The notes below the pieces were generated by a model. The model was not told the DNA's origin. It searched no databases and saw only the letters and a program-made list of their open reading frames with translations. Source: Patescibacteria group bacterium (lineage in GTDB: Bacteria > Patescibacteriota > Patescibacteriia > UBA10025 > JBIOWE01). From it: a stretch of DNA of 64,000 bases. The stretch is from NCBI GenBank assembly GCA_044868145.1, contig JBIOWE010000004.1, forward strand, positions 137,395 to 201,394, written 5' to 3'. Shown here piece by piece: positions 1-9,227 of the stretch. Made by a program: the position numbers and the translations under genes. Positions within the stretch are counted from its first letter, which is position 1. Each line of letters begins with the position of its first letter.

Positions 1-508
1 CGCCCTCTTCAAGATCTTCCATCGTCCTCTGTATAGCGTTCAGCATATCATTGCCTCGATCCAGGTAAGAAGCAATAAGCGTCACAATTGCCTCGCCATC
101 ATTTTCGGAGGCGAGTTGGTAGCCAGCGCTGTCAAGGCGTGCGCGAAGTTCCTTGTATCCTGGAAGGTCACCGTTGCTGCATCCTGCGAGCACGGTTCCA
201 TTCTTCGCCGTAACGAGATGAGGTTGCAAATTCACTGCGGTTTGCGGGCCGCACGTAGAATACCGATTGTGTCCGATGGCTGCCATACCAGGCAATGAAT
301 TTAATACATCAGGCAAAAAAATCTGTCTCACAAGACCTGCTCGTTTATGGGAATAAAAATTGCTGCCATCCGATGAGATAATGCCGGAACCTTCCTGCCC
401 TCGATGCTGCAGCATATGCAGACTGAGAGACGTAAGTTCTGATGCTTGCGGATGCCCATAAATGCCAGTGACTGCACATTCGTCTGTAAAGCGATCGGGA
501 TTACCCAT
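1..508 (-). CDS. purF: Amidophosphoribosyltransferase, 5' part (runs off window edge)
   Basis: Manual translation from ATG 508: MGNPDRFTDECAVTGIYGH...LQHRGQEGSGI...IGHNRYST. Shows propeptide + Cys, QHRGQ and GHxRYST motifs of PurF. GGAGGT SD upstream. Absent from the ORF track. Confidence 0.92.
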   Translation of the reverse strand, partial: MGNPDRFTDECAVTGIYGHPQASELTSLSLHMLQHRGQEGSGIISSDGSNFYSHKRAGLVRQIFLPDVLNSLPGMAAIGHNRYSTCGPQTAVNLQPHLVTAKNGTVLAGCSNGDLPGYKELRARLDSAGYQLASENDGEAIVTLIASYLDRGNDMLNAIQRTMEDLEEG

Positions 509-623
509 TGAACCTCCTTTTTGTCAGTGAACTGTTTTTATTTTTTGAGTTCTTTATCTTACACCATAGGACGAAACATGGCAAATAAAAAACGCCCAAC
601 TCAATGGCCAGGCGTGGTTTTTG

Positions 624-899
624 TTACATCATCTGTTCTAATTCGATGATGCCAAAGGATCTATCAAACTGTTTGAGCGTCTTATCGAGATGCTCTGTGC
701 TGTCAAAGCCCAATTCCTTGGCTACCTTACCAATATCATGAAGTTGCCGGAATGTATTAATAACCGCATCCTTAAAGGTCAATTTTCCGCCCCGAAGCGT
801 TGCAAGTAACTTGTCTGGGTATTTAATGCCTGGAGTATCTGGCGTTACTTCCTTCTCATGCCAGCTGACTTTTTTCTCCTTTTCCTTCACTCTCGCCAC
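624..899 (-). CDS. Hypothetical 91-aa protein
   Basis: GTG start with AGGAGG SD; TTGACA-17-TACGAT promoter upstream (about 948-976, - strand). Confidence 0.7.
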   Translation of the reverse strand: MARVKEKEKKVSWHEKEVTPDTPGIKYPDKLLATLRGGKLTFKDAVINTFRQLHDIGKVAKELGFDSTEHLDKTLKQFDRSFGIIELEQMM

Positions 900-1030
900 G
901 GCTCTCCTCCTTGTTTTTTAGAATTCTTTTTTGCAAAGCACTTTGGGATCGTACACCTGTCCGTTCTCACTGTCAACCCCATACCCCTAAGGCTTGCCTA
1001 CAGAGAAAAAAAATGATAGGATGAACATAC

Positions 1031-1066
1031 GTTTACTTTTCCTTTTTACTTTTTAACTTTTGCTTT
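1031..1066. repeat. Heptamer-period T-rich tandem array upstream of rpsT
   Basis: gtttacttttcctttttactttttaacttttgcttt; same units as the array at 9228-9259. Confidence 0.65.
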
Positions 1067-1071
1067 CTAAC

Positions 1072-1341
1072 ATGCCAATCAAACAAGCGGCGTTTAAGGC
1101 GTTACGCCAATCACGAAAACGTCATGACGCGAACCGAGCGCATAAGGACAACCTGAAGGACTTGATAAAAAAAGTTCGAAAGCTCATTGCGCAAAAAAAG
1201 CAGCAAGAAGCAATTGTTGCGTTGCGTGCCGCAGTCAAAGCTGTTGATAAGGCCGCACAAAAGGGCGTGACGAAAAAAAACGCCGCGGCGAGGATTAAAT
1301 CTCGGCTTACGCGGCAGGTGAACGCCCTCAAAAAAACTTAA
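1072..1341 (+). CDS. rpsT: 30S ribosomal protein S20
   Basis: MPIKQAAFKALRQSRKRH...VDKAAQKGVTKKNAAARIKSRL, typical S20. Confidence 0.95.
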   Translation: MPIKQAAFKALRQSRKRHDANRAHKDNLKDLIKKVRKLIAQKKQQEAIVALRAAVKAVDKAAQKGVTKKNAAARIKSRLTRQVNALKKT

Positions 1342-2309
1342 GTTCGTTCGCAGATACGCACCACGAGCACGTCGAAGAGGGTTTCAGGATTCTCTTGCGT
1401 CGTTTTGATTTTCACGTCAAGGTCAAGCAACATCCCGTAAATAGCCTTCAGGTCGTCAAGCCGAAAACGCTGTGTATCGCGAAGAGCTTTCTGCACCACA
1501 AAAGGATGTAAACCAAGGGTGGTCGCAACATTGGAAGCGTGGCGATCCTGCTGGAGGATTTCTTTCACCTGCAAAAGAATGCGGAATTGGCGTACGAGCA
1601 TGGTGAGAATATATAGTTCGTGAACACCGAGCTCAAGTTGATCGTTTATCAATTTTAAGGCCAGGTGGGCGTCTTTTTGACTTAATGCGTCCGTAAGGTG
1701 AAAAATATTTTCATCAAAGCGAGCCGAAACAAACAAACGGACATCGTCGGCCGTAATTGCATTGCCTTGCCTGTAATTCGTTAATTTTTCTATCTCGTGG
1801 TCAAGCTGCCATAAGTCTGGCCCAACAAAACTTGTCAGTTCAAGAATCGCCGGCTGTTCGATCTGACCGCCGCGTCGTTTTACTTCGGTGAGTACCCATC
1901 GCTGCAGTTCTTGATCAGTCAGCAAAGGAAAGTACTCTTCCTTTTCCTTCAAAAGGCGCGCATACAATGGATCAGAGGGCGTACGGCCCCGTTTTGTCTT
2001 CTCGTCGGCTTGCCAAAAGACGAGCACGTGCTCATCGGGCCATTCGCTTGCAAGATACTCAGCGATTTCATGCGTGATTCGCTTTTGTTTTTTTCCTGAA
2101 AAAATGTTCTCAACGACAACAAGACGCTTTTTCGCAAGAAAACCGACAGCCCCGACAGCGTTGCGAAATTCAGTCATAGTGAGCCGTGCACCATCGAGCG
2201 ATTGGATATTCAACCCCTGCGTGTCGTATTTTTTTTGGAACCCATCTTTATAGAATTGCAAACGTTTGCGGGAGCGATATGTGTCCGGGCCGTGGAGAAA
2301 AAGTATCAT
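1338..2309 (-). CDS. holA: DNA polymerase III delta subunit
   Basis: MILFLHGPD N-terminus, EIEKL, FHLTDA, LGLHPFVVQK motifs. Confidence 0.92.
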   Translation of the reverse strand: MILFLHGPDTYRSRKRLQFYKDGFQKKYDTQGLNIQSLDGARLTMTEFRNAVGAVGFLAKKRLVVVENIFSGKKQKRITHEIAEYLASEWPDEHVLVFWQADEKTKRGRTPSDPLYARLLKEKEEYFPLLTDQELQRWVLTEVKRRGGQIEQPAILELTSFVGPDLWQLDHEIEKLTNYRQGNAITADDVRLFVSARFDENIFHLTDALSQKDAHLALKLINDQLELGVHELYILTMLVRQFRILLQVKEILQQDRHASNVATTLGLHPFVVQKALRDTQRFRLDDLKAIYGMLLDLDVKIKTTQENPETLFDVLVVRICERT

Positions 2310-2312
2310 ACG

Positions 2313-5066
2313 TTATCCTTTCGTCTCCCCCCAGTTCCGCCCGGTGCGTACTTCGGACTTGATGGGAACTTTCAACTTATAGACCGAATCCATGGTCTCT
2401 TCGACGAAACGTGCAACTTTTTGTACATTATCGTCCGGCACTTCAAACACAAGTTCGTCATGCACGGTGAGGACCATCTTTGCTTCCCGACTTACGTTCG
2501 GTAATTGAGAATCAATGGCAATCATTGCTAGCTTCAAAAGGTCCGCGGCAGTCCCTTGGATCGGCAAGTTGATGGCCATGCGTTCGGCAGCGGCGCGCAC
2601 TTGAGGCATCGAGGAATTAATTTCCGGTAGATACCGGGGCCGCCCAAAGAGCGTCTCAACAAATCCTTGTTCGTGGGCGAGCGCTTTTGTCGTTTCAATA
2701 TACTCGTAAATCGCTTTGTGTACGAGAAAATATTTTTCAATAAATGCTCGCGCTTTCTCCCGGGAAATTCCTTTTCGTGCGGCCAAGCCGCCGGGTCCCA
2801 TGCCATAGAGAATCCCGAAATTCACTTCCTTCGCGCCGCTGCGCATGTCGTGCGTCACCTTGTCAATTGGAACGTCGTAAACTTCTGCAGCGGTGCGAGT
2901 ATGAATATCCTCGCCTTTGCGGAATGACTCGATCATTTTCTCATCATCCGCGAGCGATGCGATGATACGCAACTCTATTTGCGAGTAGTCGGCGGAAATA
3001 AGCTTGCATCCCTTTTCCGCAATGAACGCTTTGCGTATTGCTTGTCCAAGTTCACCGCGTATTGGAATATTCTGTAAGTTTGGGTCTGAAGATGACAGTC
3101 GTCCGGTCGCGGCCACAGTTTGATTAAAGCTCGTATGGACCCGCCCGGTTTTTGGATTCACGAGCTTCGGCAAGGTGTCCAAATACGTGGACTTCAACTT
3201 GGTGAGCTCGCGGTACTCGAGAATAAACGGAATGATTGGATGCGCATCCTTCAACTTCTCGAGTTCATCCGCCGCCGTCGAGAGCCCTGTTTTTGTTCTG
3301 CCTACGCCCTTCGTATCAATCTTCAGCTTGCCAAAGAGTACTTCTTTCAACTGGAGAGGCGAATTGATGTTGAAATCCATTTTTGCTTTCTGGTATATCT
3401 TCACTTCGAGTTCATGCACCGTCTTTCCGATTTTTACGGACATCCGGTTCAGTAGCGGTACGTCGATCTTGACGCCATTTTCTTCCACGCGCGCGAGCAC
3501 TGGGACGAGCGGCATTTCCATTTTTTGAAACAAACCAAAAACGTTTTTCTCTTCAAGGCGCTCTTTGAGCACAAGATACAATTGCCATGTGTAATCGGCG
3601 TCTTCGCAGGAATAATATGACAGTTTTTCTTTTGGCACAGTATCCATAGCCAGCTGATTCTTGCCTTTTTTGCCGATAAGCGCTTCAATCGGTATCATCT
3701 CATGGCCAAACTCCGTAAACACGAGGCTGTTCAGACTGTGTTGGCGCGTGCCCGGATTGAGCACGTACGAAGCAATCATTGTATCAAAGCTTAACGGTTG
3801 CATGACGATAGTCGCTTGTTTCAGAACCGCATAATCATATTTCATATTATGGCCAATTTTTTCTGTATGCGCATTCTCCAAGATCGATTTGAGTTTCTGT
3901 AACCAAGCAGAACGATTTCGTACGGAGACAAAATATGCTTTGCCTTCTTTCCACGAAAAGCTTATGCCCAAGAGTTCAGCCCTGAACGGATCCAGGCTCG
4001 TTGCTTCCGTGTCCACGGCGAAGGACTTTTGTCCGCTCAATTGTTTTACAAACTCTGCAAAGTCGTCTTCCGTATCAACAAGAACGTAGTCGCCTTTCTT
4101 TTGGCTTTGCGATTCAGTTTTTTTCGATTCTGTCTGCTCTTTCTGCTGAGCGGGTTCGGCAAAATCGAATTTTTGTTCAGCGGGCGGCAAGCGCGAGAGC
4201 AAGCTCTTGAATTCAAGCTGCTGGAATAAATCATAAAGTTTTGAACGGTCGTACGGTGCCACTTTGCAGTCCTCCAGCTTGAATTTTACGGGCGCGTTCC
4301 GGACAATCGTCGCCAGCTTCTTGCTCATGAACGCTTCCTTTTTCTGCGCTTGCAAGAGCTTCAGGTATCGCGGCGCGATTTTTACTTTATCCCCGTGCTT
4401 TTCAATCGCCTCATAAATACCTTCAAGCGATCCGTACTGCTGCAACAATTCCACCGCGCCTTTCTCACCAATACCTTTGACCCCTGGGATGTTATCCGAC
4501 GCGTCGCCGGCAAGCGCCTTAAAATCAATCATTTGCGCTGGCGAAAGACCATAGCGCTTGCGAACGGCTCCCTCATCGTACGTTACCGCGTCCGAAACAC
4601 CCTTACGCATGGTGTAGACGCTCGTATGGTCGTCAACGAGCTGCAAGGCGTCCAAATCGCCGGTGACAATAATATTTTCCACGCCCTTTTTCTCGTTTTC
4701 CTTGGCTACCGTTCCAATAATATCATCCGCTTCATAGCCGTCGAGCTCGAATACGGGAATCCGGAACGCGTTCAACACATCGTGCATAATAGGCACCTGA
4801 TCGTAGAACTCCTGCGGCGCTTTCACGCGCGTGGCTTTGTATTCCTTATACATGTCATGTCGAAACGTTGGCGCTTTTCTATCAAAGGCAACGGCAATGT
4901 AGTCGGGCTTGAATTCCTTAATCGCTTTCAACAACGTTGTCACAAATCCGTATACTGCGTTGACGACCTTACCAGATTTCGTCGTGAGCGGCGGCAACGC
5001 ATGAAAACTGCGATGGAGAATCGCATTGGCATCGAGAATGATAAATTTTTGCTTCTTCGCAGCCAT
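2313..5066 (-). CDS. polA: DNA polymerase I
   Basis: 5'-3' exonuclease (YEADDIIGT, GDASDNIPGV), 3'-5' exonuclease (DTEAT) and polymerase motifs (ADYSQIELR, VHDEL). Confidence 0.98.
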   Translation of the reverse strand: MAAKKQKFIILDANAILHRSFHALPPLTTKSGKVVNAVYGFVTTLLKAIKEFKPDYIAVAFDRKAPTFRHDMYKEYKATRVKAPQEFYDQVPIMHDVLNAFRIPVFELDGYEADDIIGTVAKENEKKGVENIIVTGDLDALQLVDDHTSVYTMRKGVSDAVTYDEGAVRKRYGLSPAQMIDFKALAGDASDNIPGVKGIGEKGAVELLQQYGSLEGIYEAIEKHGDKVKIAPRYLKLLQAQKKEAFMSKKLATIVRNAPVKFKLEDCKVAPYDRSKLYDLFQQLEFKSLLSRLPPAEQKFDFAEPAQQKEQTESKKTESQSQKKGDYVLVDTEDDFAEFVKQLSGQKSFAVDTEATSLDPFRAELLGISFSWKEGKAYFVSVRNRSAWLQKLKSILENAHTEKIGHNMKYDYAVLKQATIVMQPLSFDTMIASYVLNPGTRQHSLNSLVFTEFGHEMIPIEALIGKKGKNQLAMDTVPKEKLSYYSCEDADYTWQLYLVLKERLEEKNVFGLFQKMEMPLVPVLARVEENGVKIDVPLLNRMSVKIGKTVHELEVKIYQKAKMDFNINSPLQLKEVLFGKLKIDTKGVGRTKTGLSTAADELEKLKDAHPIIPFILEYRELTKLKSTYLDTLPKLVNPKTGRVHTSFNQTVAATGRLSSSDPNLQNIPIRGELGQAIRKAFIAEKGCKLISADYSQIELRIIASLADDEKMIESFRKGEDIHTRTAAEVYDVPIDKVTHDMRSGAKEVNFGILYGMGPGGLAARKGISREKARAFIEKYFLVHKAIYEYIETTKALAHEQGFVETLFGRPRYLPEINSSMPQVRAAAERMAINLPIQGTAADLLKLAMIAIDSQLPNVSREAKMVLTVHDELVFEVPDDNVQKVARFVEETMDSVYKLKVPIKSEVRTGRNWGETKG

Positions 5067-5141
5067 GGTATTGATATTGTATCACCCCAAAACAAAGAAC
5101 ACCATCAGCTCGAGCAGACGGTGTTTGCAGATGGGGCAGGG

Positions 5142-5360
5142 CTACGGTTGCGCTATTGGCGGCTCGTTTTCCGACTTTTTTTCCTTGGACTTTTTCGATA
5201 TGCCCACGATGCCGATGATAACGCCAAGCACGCCGGCGATGAGCATAAGCCCGACATACCAATTTGGCTGCTTAAATTGGTCGTTCGTGAAAATAAGAAA
5301 AATTATGCCGTTGAGAGTAATGACCAGGCCAACGATGAGAGTGTACCAAGAGGTAAGCAT
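5142..5360 (-). CDS. Small two-TM membrane protein
   Basis: Two hydrophobic stretches and a Lys-rich tail. Confidence 0.6.
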   Translation of the reverse strand: MLTSWYTLIVGLVITLNGIIFLIFTNDQFKQPNWYVGLMLIAGVLGVIIGIVGISKKSKEKKSENEPPIAQP

Positions 5361-5451
5361 AATAAAAAAGATTACTAATAATAGTATATCCTGCCATTGA
5401 CAAAGTGTATAGACATGCTATATTGAGTTGAAAATAAACAGGGAGGCATTG

Positions 5452-5865
5452 ATGTTTGTCAATCAACTACGCAGAAAAGTAGTATCAATAGGGATGCAAA
5501 TCTTTGGCTTAGCGGTAATGCTTCGGCTCTTCGGATCAAAGGATTTGAAATACTACTTAGTTATGAGCCTCCTGGCATACGTTGTTGCCATGGTAGCATT
5601 CTATGGTATCATGTTCTATGGAGCGTTCCTTGGTTCCTTGTTTCACGAAAAAAGAAAAAGGCAAATTGAGGAACATTACAAAAACGATCCCTACCCAGGA
5701 GAATTACCGCCGGAGTTTCGTCCAGAACAAAACGCCGGCACAAAAACATTGTTCTTTGTCAGCAACTTGAGGTGGCGTACGCCGCCTACCGATAATATTG
5801 AGAGACCATCGCCTCCGTGCGTAAGTCTCTCTTTTTTTATCCTCTTTAAAAAAGTTGGAGCGTGA
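5452..5865 (+). CDS. Hypothetical membrane protein
   Basis: TTGACA...TATATT promoter at about 5397-5426 and GGAGG SD before ATG 5452. The 3' end reads through a terminator-like hairpin, so the true stop is uncertain. Confidence 0.55.
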   Translation: MFVNQLRRKVVSIGMQIFGLAVMLRLFGSKDLKYYLVMSLLAYVVAMVAFYGIMFYGAFLGSLFHEKRKRQIEEHYKNDPYPGELPPEFRPEQNAGTKTLFFVSNLRWRTPPTDNIERPSPPCVSLSFFILFKKVGA

Positions 5866-5884
5866 AGAGGCTCTGCAAAGCTGG

Positions 5885-5960
5885 GAGATGCTGAAATAAA
5901 TTCAGCATGACTCTCTAGGTCGCCCCCATCTGTCACCCTGAACTTGTTTCAGGGTCTCCC
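5885..5960. repeat. Pair of GTCAY-tagged palindromic (REP-like) units
   Basis: GAGATGCTGAAATAAATTCAGCATGAC and TGTCACCCTGAACTTGTTTCAGGGTCTCCC; related copy at 21580-21639. Confidence 0.8.
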
Positions 5961-6283
5961 GATCCATCATACTCACCATAATCAAACAATTCGCGCGACA
6001 GGTCGGCAAACATCGGGTTGTTAGCTCGTATCAGATTCATTTTCCACTTACGATGCCAATTCTTGAGTTGCTTTTCACGAGCAATGGCGGCATATACATC
6101 ATCGGTGGCTTCATAATACACAAGCTTCACAATATTATAGCGAGCGGTGAACCCTCTTATTCTTTTTTTCTTATGCTCAAGTATGCGACGATATAAATCA
6201 TTCGTCGCGCCTGTATAGAAAACCGTGTGATATCTGTTCGTCATAATATACACAAAGTATTGTCGATCTCTTCTCATGGCCAT
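5933..6283 (-). CDS. GIY-YIG nuclease (stand-alone, UPF0213-like)
   Basis: YFVYIM...FYTGATNDLYRRILEHK...KLVYYE...AIAREKQLKNW. Confidence 0.9.
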   Translation of the reverse strand: MAMRRDRQYFVYIMTNRYHTVFYTGATNDLYRRILEHKKKRIRGFTARYNIVKLVYYEATDDVYAAIAREKQLKNWHRKWKMNLIRANNPMFADLSRELFDYGEYDGSGDPETSSG

Positions 6284-6311
6284 TGACAAACCCCCTTTTT
6301 TGCGCTATACT
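6283..6311 (+). promoter_or_regulatory. Sigma70-type promoter
   Basis: TTGACA (6283-6288), 17 bp, TATACT (6306-6311). Confidence 0.6.
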
Positions 6312-6357
6312 GACAGTACAAATAAAAAGAAAAAGAAAAATCGCTTTTTCCATTCCT

Positions 6358-6397
6358 AAGAGGGCACCGATCTGTTGATCTGTGCTCTTTTCTTTTT
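6358..6397 (+). terminator. Intrinsic terminator-like hairpin
   Basis: AGAGGGCACCGATC-TGTT-GATCTGTGCTCT followed by a T tract. Confidence 0.6.
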
Positions 6398-8006
6398 ATT
6401 CCGCCTGTTTGCGTTTCTTGTACTGATGCCAGGCCAGGAAACCAATCAATGAGGCACCGATCATCCCGGCAAGGATCATCAGGTAGACGCGCATGCGGCT
6501 CGCCTGTTCCGACGGAGACACCACAATAGTGTTTTGTTCTGCAGCCACTACGTCTGCGCCAAGGATCTCCCCTTGTGGTTTCAAAACTTCAATATCACTT
6601 TGCTGGCGAGGCAACAAGCGCAATCCGGCGCTTGTTTTATCAAGCACGCCAGTGACTCGCAGGCGATCACCCGCTTTCATATCAGGTTTTTCGATACTGG
6701 TCGACTTTTGAATGTACACGCGTAATGTCCCACCGGATGCACCCGCGAGATAAATATGATCGCCGCGTATTTGCGTAATCGTTCCTTCAATAACGAGCAG
6801 TCGTCCGAGATAGTCCTCGCTAATATCCTCAATCATGAGTGAAGTTGCCTTTGTGTCCACTGCTGGCGTACCTGTCTGGTCAGCAATCTCCTCGTCTGGC
6901 AAGGCATTTTCCTCACCCGGAGTCGGGACGTCTGTCCAGGCCCATCCGTCGTCGAATCGCGCGAACGTCTGGTCGGCTTTCGCTTTATCATACTCGACCC
7001 CGTTGATGATGTGGTCAGCTGGATCAATGAGGTAGAGCGTGTCACCACCATCATTTAACACTATTTTGCTCTGTTTGCGCTCTATGACCGCAAAAGATTT
7101 CGCGGCAATCACCATGTTTGCTGGCAAGAAGTAGGTGCGCTTTGTATCCGTGAGCGCCCATCCCGCAAGGTGAATCGTACGATTGTCCGGATTATACAAT
7201 TCAATGAATTCGTTCTCCTCGTCTTTACCGACTGGCGCGGGAAACAGCTCGCTCAAGACGAGAGTGTCTGAATAATCATACGCTTCTCGAGCAATCGTAT
7301 CATGTTCCGGCTGAGGCTCCTCGTTCGCTACCGTTTCATCACGCGACGGCGTTGTTGGTTGCGTTATCAACCGCACCGTGAGGTATTCCGGCTCGGATGC
7401 CATATTCTGCGGTTCCGGAATCGTTCGCAAAAGGAAATCGAGGACGTTCGTATCCGTATCTTCGCTATTGCCGGAAAAATAGTCACTGCCTCCTTCGATC
7501 ATTATTTCAATCGTTGAGTCCACGCGCGCTTTCCGTTCTACACTCTTTCCACCAGCTGGGTTGGCAAAGGTCTGACCCTCAAACGCCTGGCTCGTGCCAA
7601 ATCCAACCATATCAACGACCGCGGCATTATTGTCATAGAGTATGACTGTATTATTATCAGCGATAGAATTGGTCGTTGAGTAATATGCGTCTGGCTGTGT
7701 AGTACCACGATAGCCAACTGGATGTGCAAGGAGAAAAAATGAATGCCCTGCGATCGTGACGTTACCGATTGAATCAATGAGATTGTATTCGCTCCCTGTC
7801 GCCGTTTGTTTTGCCAGCTTCCAACCTGCCAAAGCAATGGGCAGATCGGTCGGATTGTATAGTTCGACAAATTCATTGGTACTGTACCCCGTTCCGCCGC
7901 TTAACTGAACTTCACTGATGACAACATGCTGCGCTGGCTCGGCATGGGTGCCAACGCCAACAAACAATGTGGCCAGTATCGATATGAGTAAAAAGTAGCG
8001 TCGCAT
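6396..8006 (-). CDS. Secreted lamin-tail-domain protein with OB fold and C-terminal TM anchor
   Basis: Signal peptide; two LTD repeats (VVISEV...EFVELYNPT, LVLSELF...EFIELYNP); OB-fold end RLLPRQQSDI; TM tail. Confidence 0.85.
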   Translation of the reverse strand: MRRYFLLISILATLFVGVGTHAEPAQHVVISEVQLSGGTGYSTNEFVELYNPTDLPIALAGWKLAKQTATGSEYNLIDSIGNVTIAGHSFFLLAHPVGYRGTTQPDAYYSTTNSIADNNTVILYDNNAAVVDMVGFGTSQAFEGQTFANPAGGKSVERKARVDSTIEIMIEGGSDYFSGNSEDTDTNVLDFLLRTIPEPQNMASEPEYLTVRLITQPTTPSRDETVANEEPQPEHDTIAREAYDYSDTLVLSELFPAPVGKDEENEFIELYNPDNRTIHLAGWALTDTKRTYFLPANMVIAAKSFAVIERKQSKIVLNDGGDTLYLIDPADHIINGVEYDKAKADQTFARFDDGWAWTDVPTPGEENALPDEEIADQTGTPAVDTKATSLMIEDISEDYLGRLLVIEGTITQIRGDHIYLAGASGGTLRVYIQKSTSIEKPDMKAGDRLRVTGVLDKTSAGLRLLPRQQSDIEVLKPQGEILGADVVAAEQNTIVVSPSEQASRMRVYLMILAGMIGASLIGFLAWHQYKKRKQAE

Positions 8007-8011
8007 ACAGA

Positions 8012-8263
8012 TTAAAAGATAAGCACGTCGTAATCAGTCTGAGGCCACACTTCCACAATCTCCGCGTCTAGTTCTTGAGCGCCCGGCGCTTTGAAACGTA
8101 CTCGGTCTCCAATATGCCGGCCAAGAAGCGCAGCGCCAAGCGGGGAACGAAAGGAAACGCGACCTTCAGATGGGTTCACATCAGAAGCGACAACTTCATA
8201 GCACTTGATACGGCCGTCGACTTCTACAGCGAGTCGCGATCCGATTGTTATTGCATTGTTCAT
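8012..8263 (-). CDS. GreA/GreB C-terminal-domain-only protein
   Basis: ITIGS...GRVSFRSPLGAALLG...GD.V...P. Confidence 0.8.
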   Translation of the reverse strand: MNNAITIGSRLAVEVDGRIKCYEVVASDVNPSEGRVSFRSPLGAALLGRHIGDRVRFKAPGAQELDAEIVEVWPQTDYDVLIF

Positions 8264-8336
8264 AAAAATGAATCATTAACGCCTCCCGTGCCTTAGCCCT
8301 ACCGCATCAAAGCGTAAGGCCAAGAGCATGGATGCG

Positions 8337-8759
8337 CTACGCTTCCTGCGTGGCGACATCCTTCACGTCTACCTCCTCAACCACAACTTCATCATTCACC
8401 TTTTCCGACTTTGCCTTGCCGTTGCCGTTCTTGCCACCAAGCATGATCATGTTGGAAGCGACAATTTCCGTTTGGTACCGCTTTACTTTATCCTTGTCCT
8501 CCCATGTATTCGTGTGCAGTCTACCTTCAAGATATACTCGATCACCTTTCTTCAGGTACTTACCGATTGTTTCACCAAGGCGACCCCAGGCAATGACCGG
8601 GTGGAATTCGGCCTCGCGCTGCATCTTTTTCGTCTTGAGATCCCGCCAGGTGTGATTCGTCGCCACGCGCAGTCGCGCAACCGTCACTCCAGACGGCAAA
8701 CTTTTCACGATCGGGTCTTTCACTAAATTACCGATTAACTCTGCTTTGTTTAAATTCAT
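8337..8759 (-). CDS. ssb: Single-stranded DNA-binding protein
   Basis: MNLNKAELIGNL...YLKKGDRVYLEGRL; SD upstream of ATG 8759. Lacks the usual DDIPF tail, so possibly a second (SsbB-like) copy. Confidence 0.92.
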   Translation of the reverse strand: MNLNKAELIGNLVKDPIVKSLPSGVTVARLRVATNHTWRDLKTKKMQREAEFHPVIAWGRLGETIGKYLKKGDRVYLEGRLHTNTWEDKDKVKRYQTEIVASNMIMLGGKNGNGKAKSEKVNDEVVVEEVDVKDVATQEA

Positions 8760-8780
8760 TATGTTCACCCCCTTTCTATG

Positions 8781-8812
8781 AAAAAGTAAAAGTTAAAAAG
8801 GAAAAAGTAAAA
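8781..8812. repeat. Heptamer array (AAAAAGT-type), left flank of four-helix-bundle gene
   Basis: aaaaagtaaaagttaaaaaggaaaaagtaaaa. Confidence 0.75.
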
Positions 8813-8813
8813 A

Positions 8814-9194
8814 TTAATGTTTAAGACCTTTTCTTTTTATTGTCACGATGCTAGCTGCAAGTATGTTTGCAATTTCCTTAACTTCGCGAATGTATGAAGG
8901 GATATTATCAAAATCTTTTTTCCCTCGTATATCGTATAGTAGCTGCAGCCAAATTTCGGATTCATTGGCAGATTTGAGGGCATGATGCAGAAAATTGATA
9001 AAATCTTTTGTTGAACTCGCGGCTTGTGCCTCTGTGTAGTTAGCCAAAATACTTGTACTACTTCGGATAAGCTGGTCGACAATGTTTTTAGAAATGAGCT
9101 CCCGTGGTTGGCGATCAAGAAAACAAAGTAAGGAAACATTTAACGTATAAACCCTTTTCTGCAAGTCATTCTTAAAGGCGTAGTTACGGGTCAT
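8814..9194 (-). CDS. Four-helix-bundle protein (23S rRNA IVP/Avd-like family)
   Basis: DQLIRSSTSILANYTEAQAASSTKDFINFLHHALKSANESEIWL. Confidence 0.9.
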   Translation of the reverse strand: MTRNYAFKNDLQKRVYTLNVSLLCFLDRQPRELISKNIVDQLIRSSTSILANYTEAQAASSTKDFINFLHHALKSANESEIWLQLLYDIRGKKDFDNIPSYIREVKEIANILAASIVTIKRKGLKH

Positions 9195-9227
9195 TATTAT
9201 TGATCGTGAAGCGAAAATTTGTAAAAG

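Noticed and set aside
4350-5378. 342-aa + strand ORF
   Set aside because: Antisense shadow of polA with no recognisable motifs.
8814-9194. Diversity-generating retroelement suggested by the Avd-like protein
   Set aside because: No reverse transcriptase and no TR/VR pair in the window; the GH57 repeat has only one mismatch and lies in a conserved motif.
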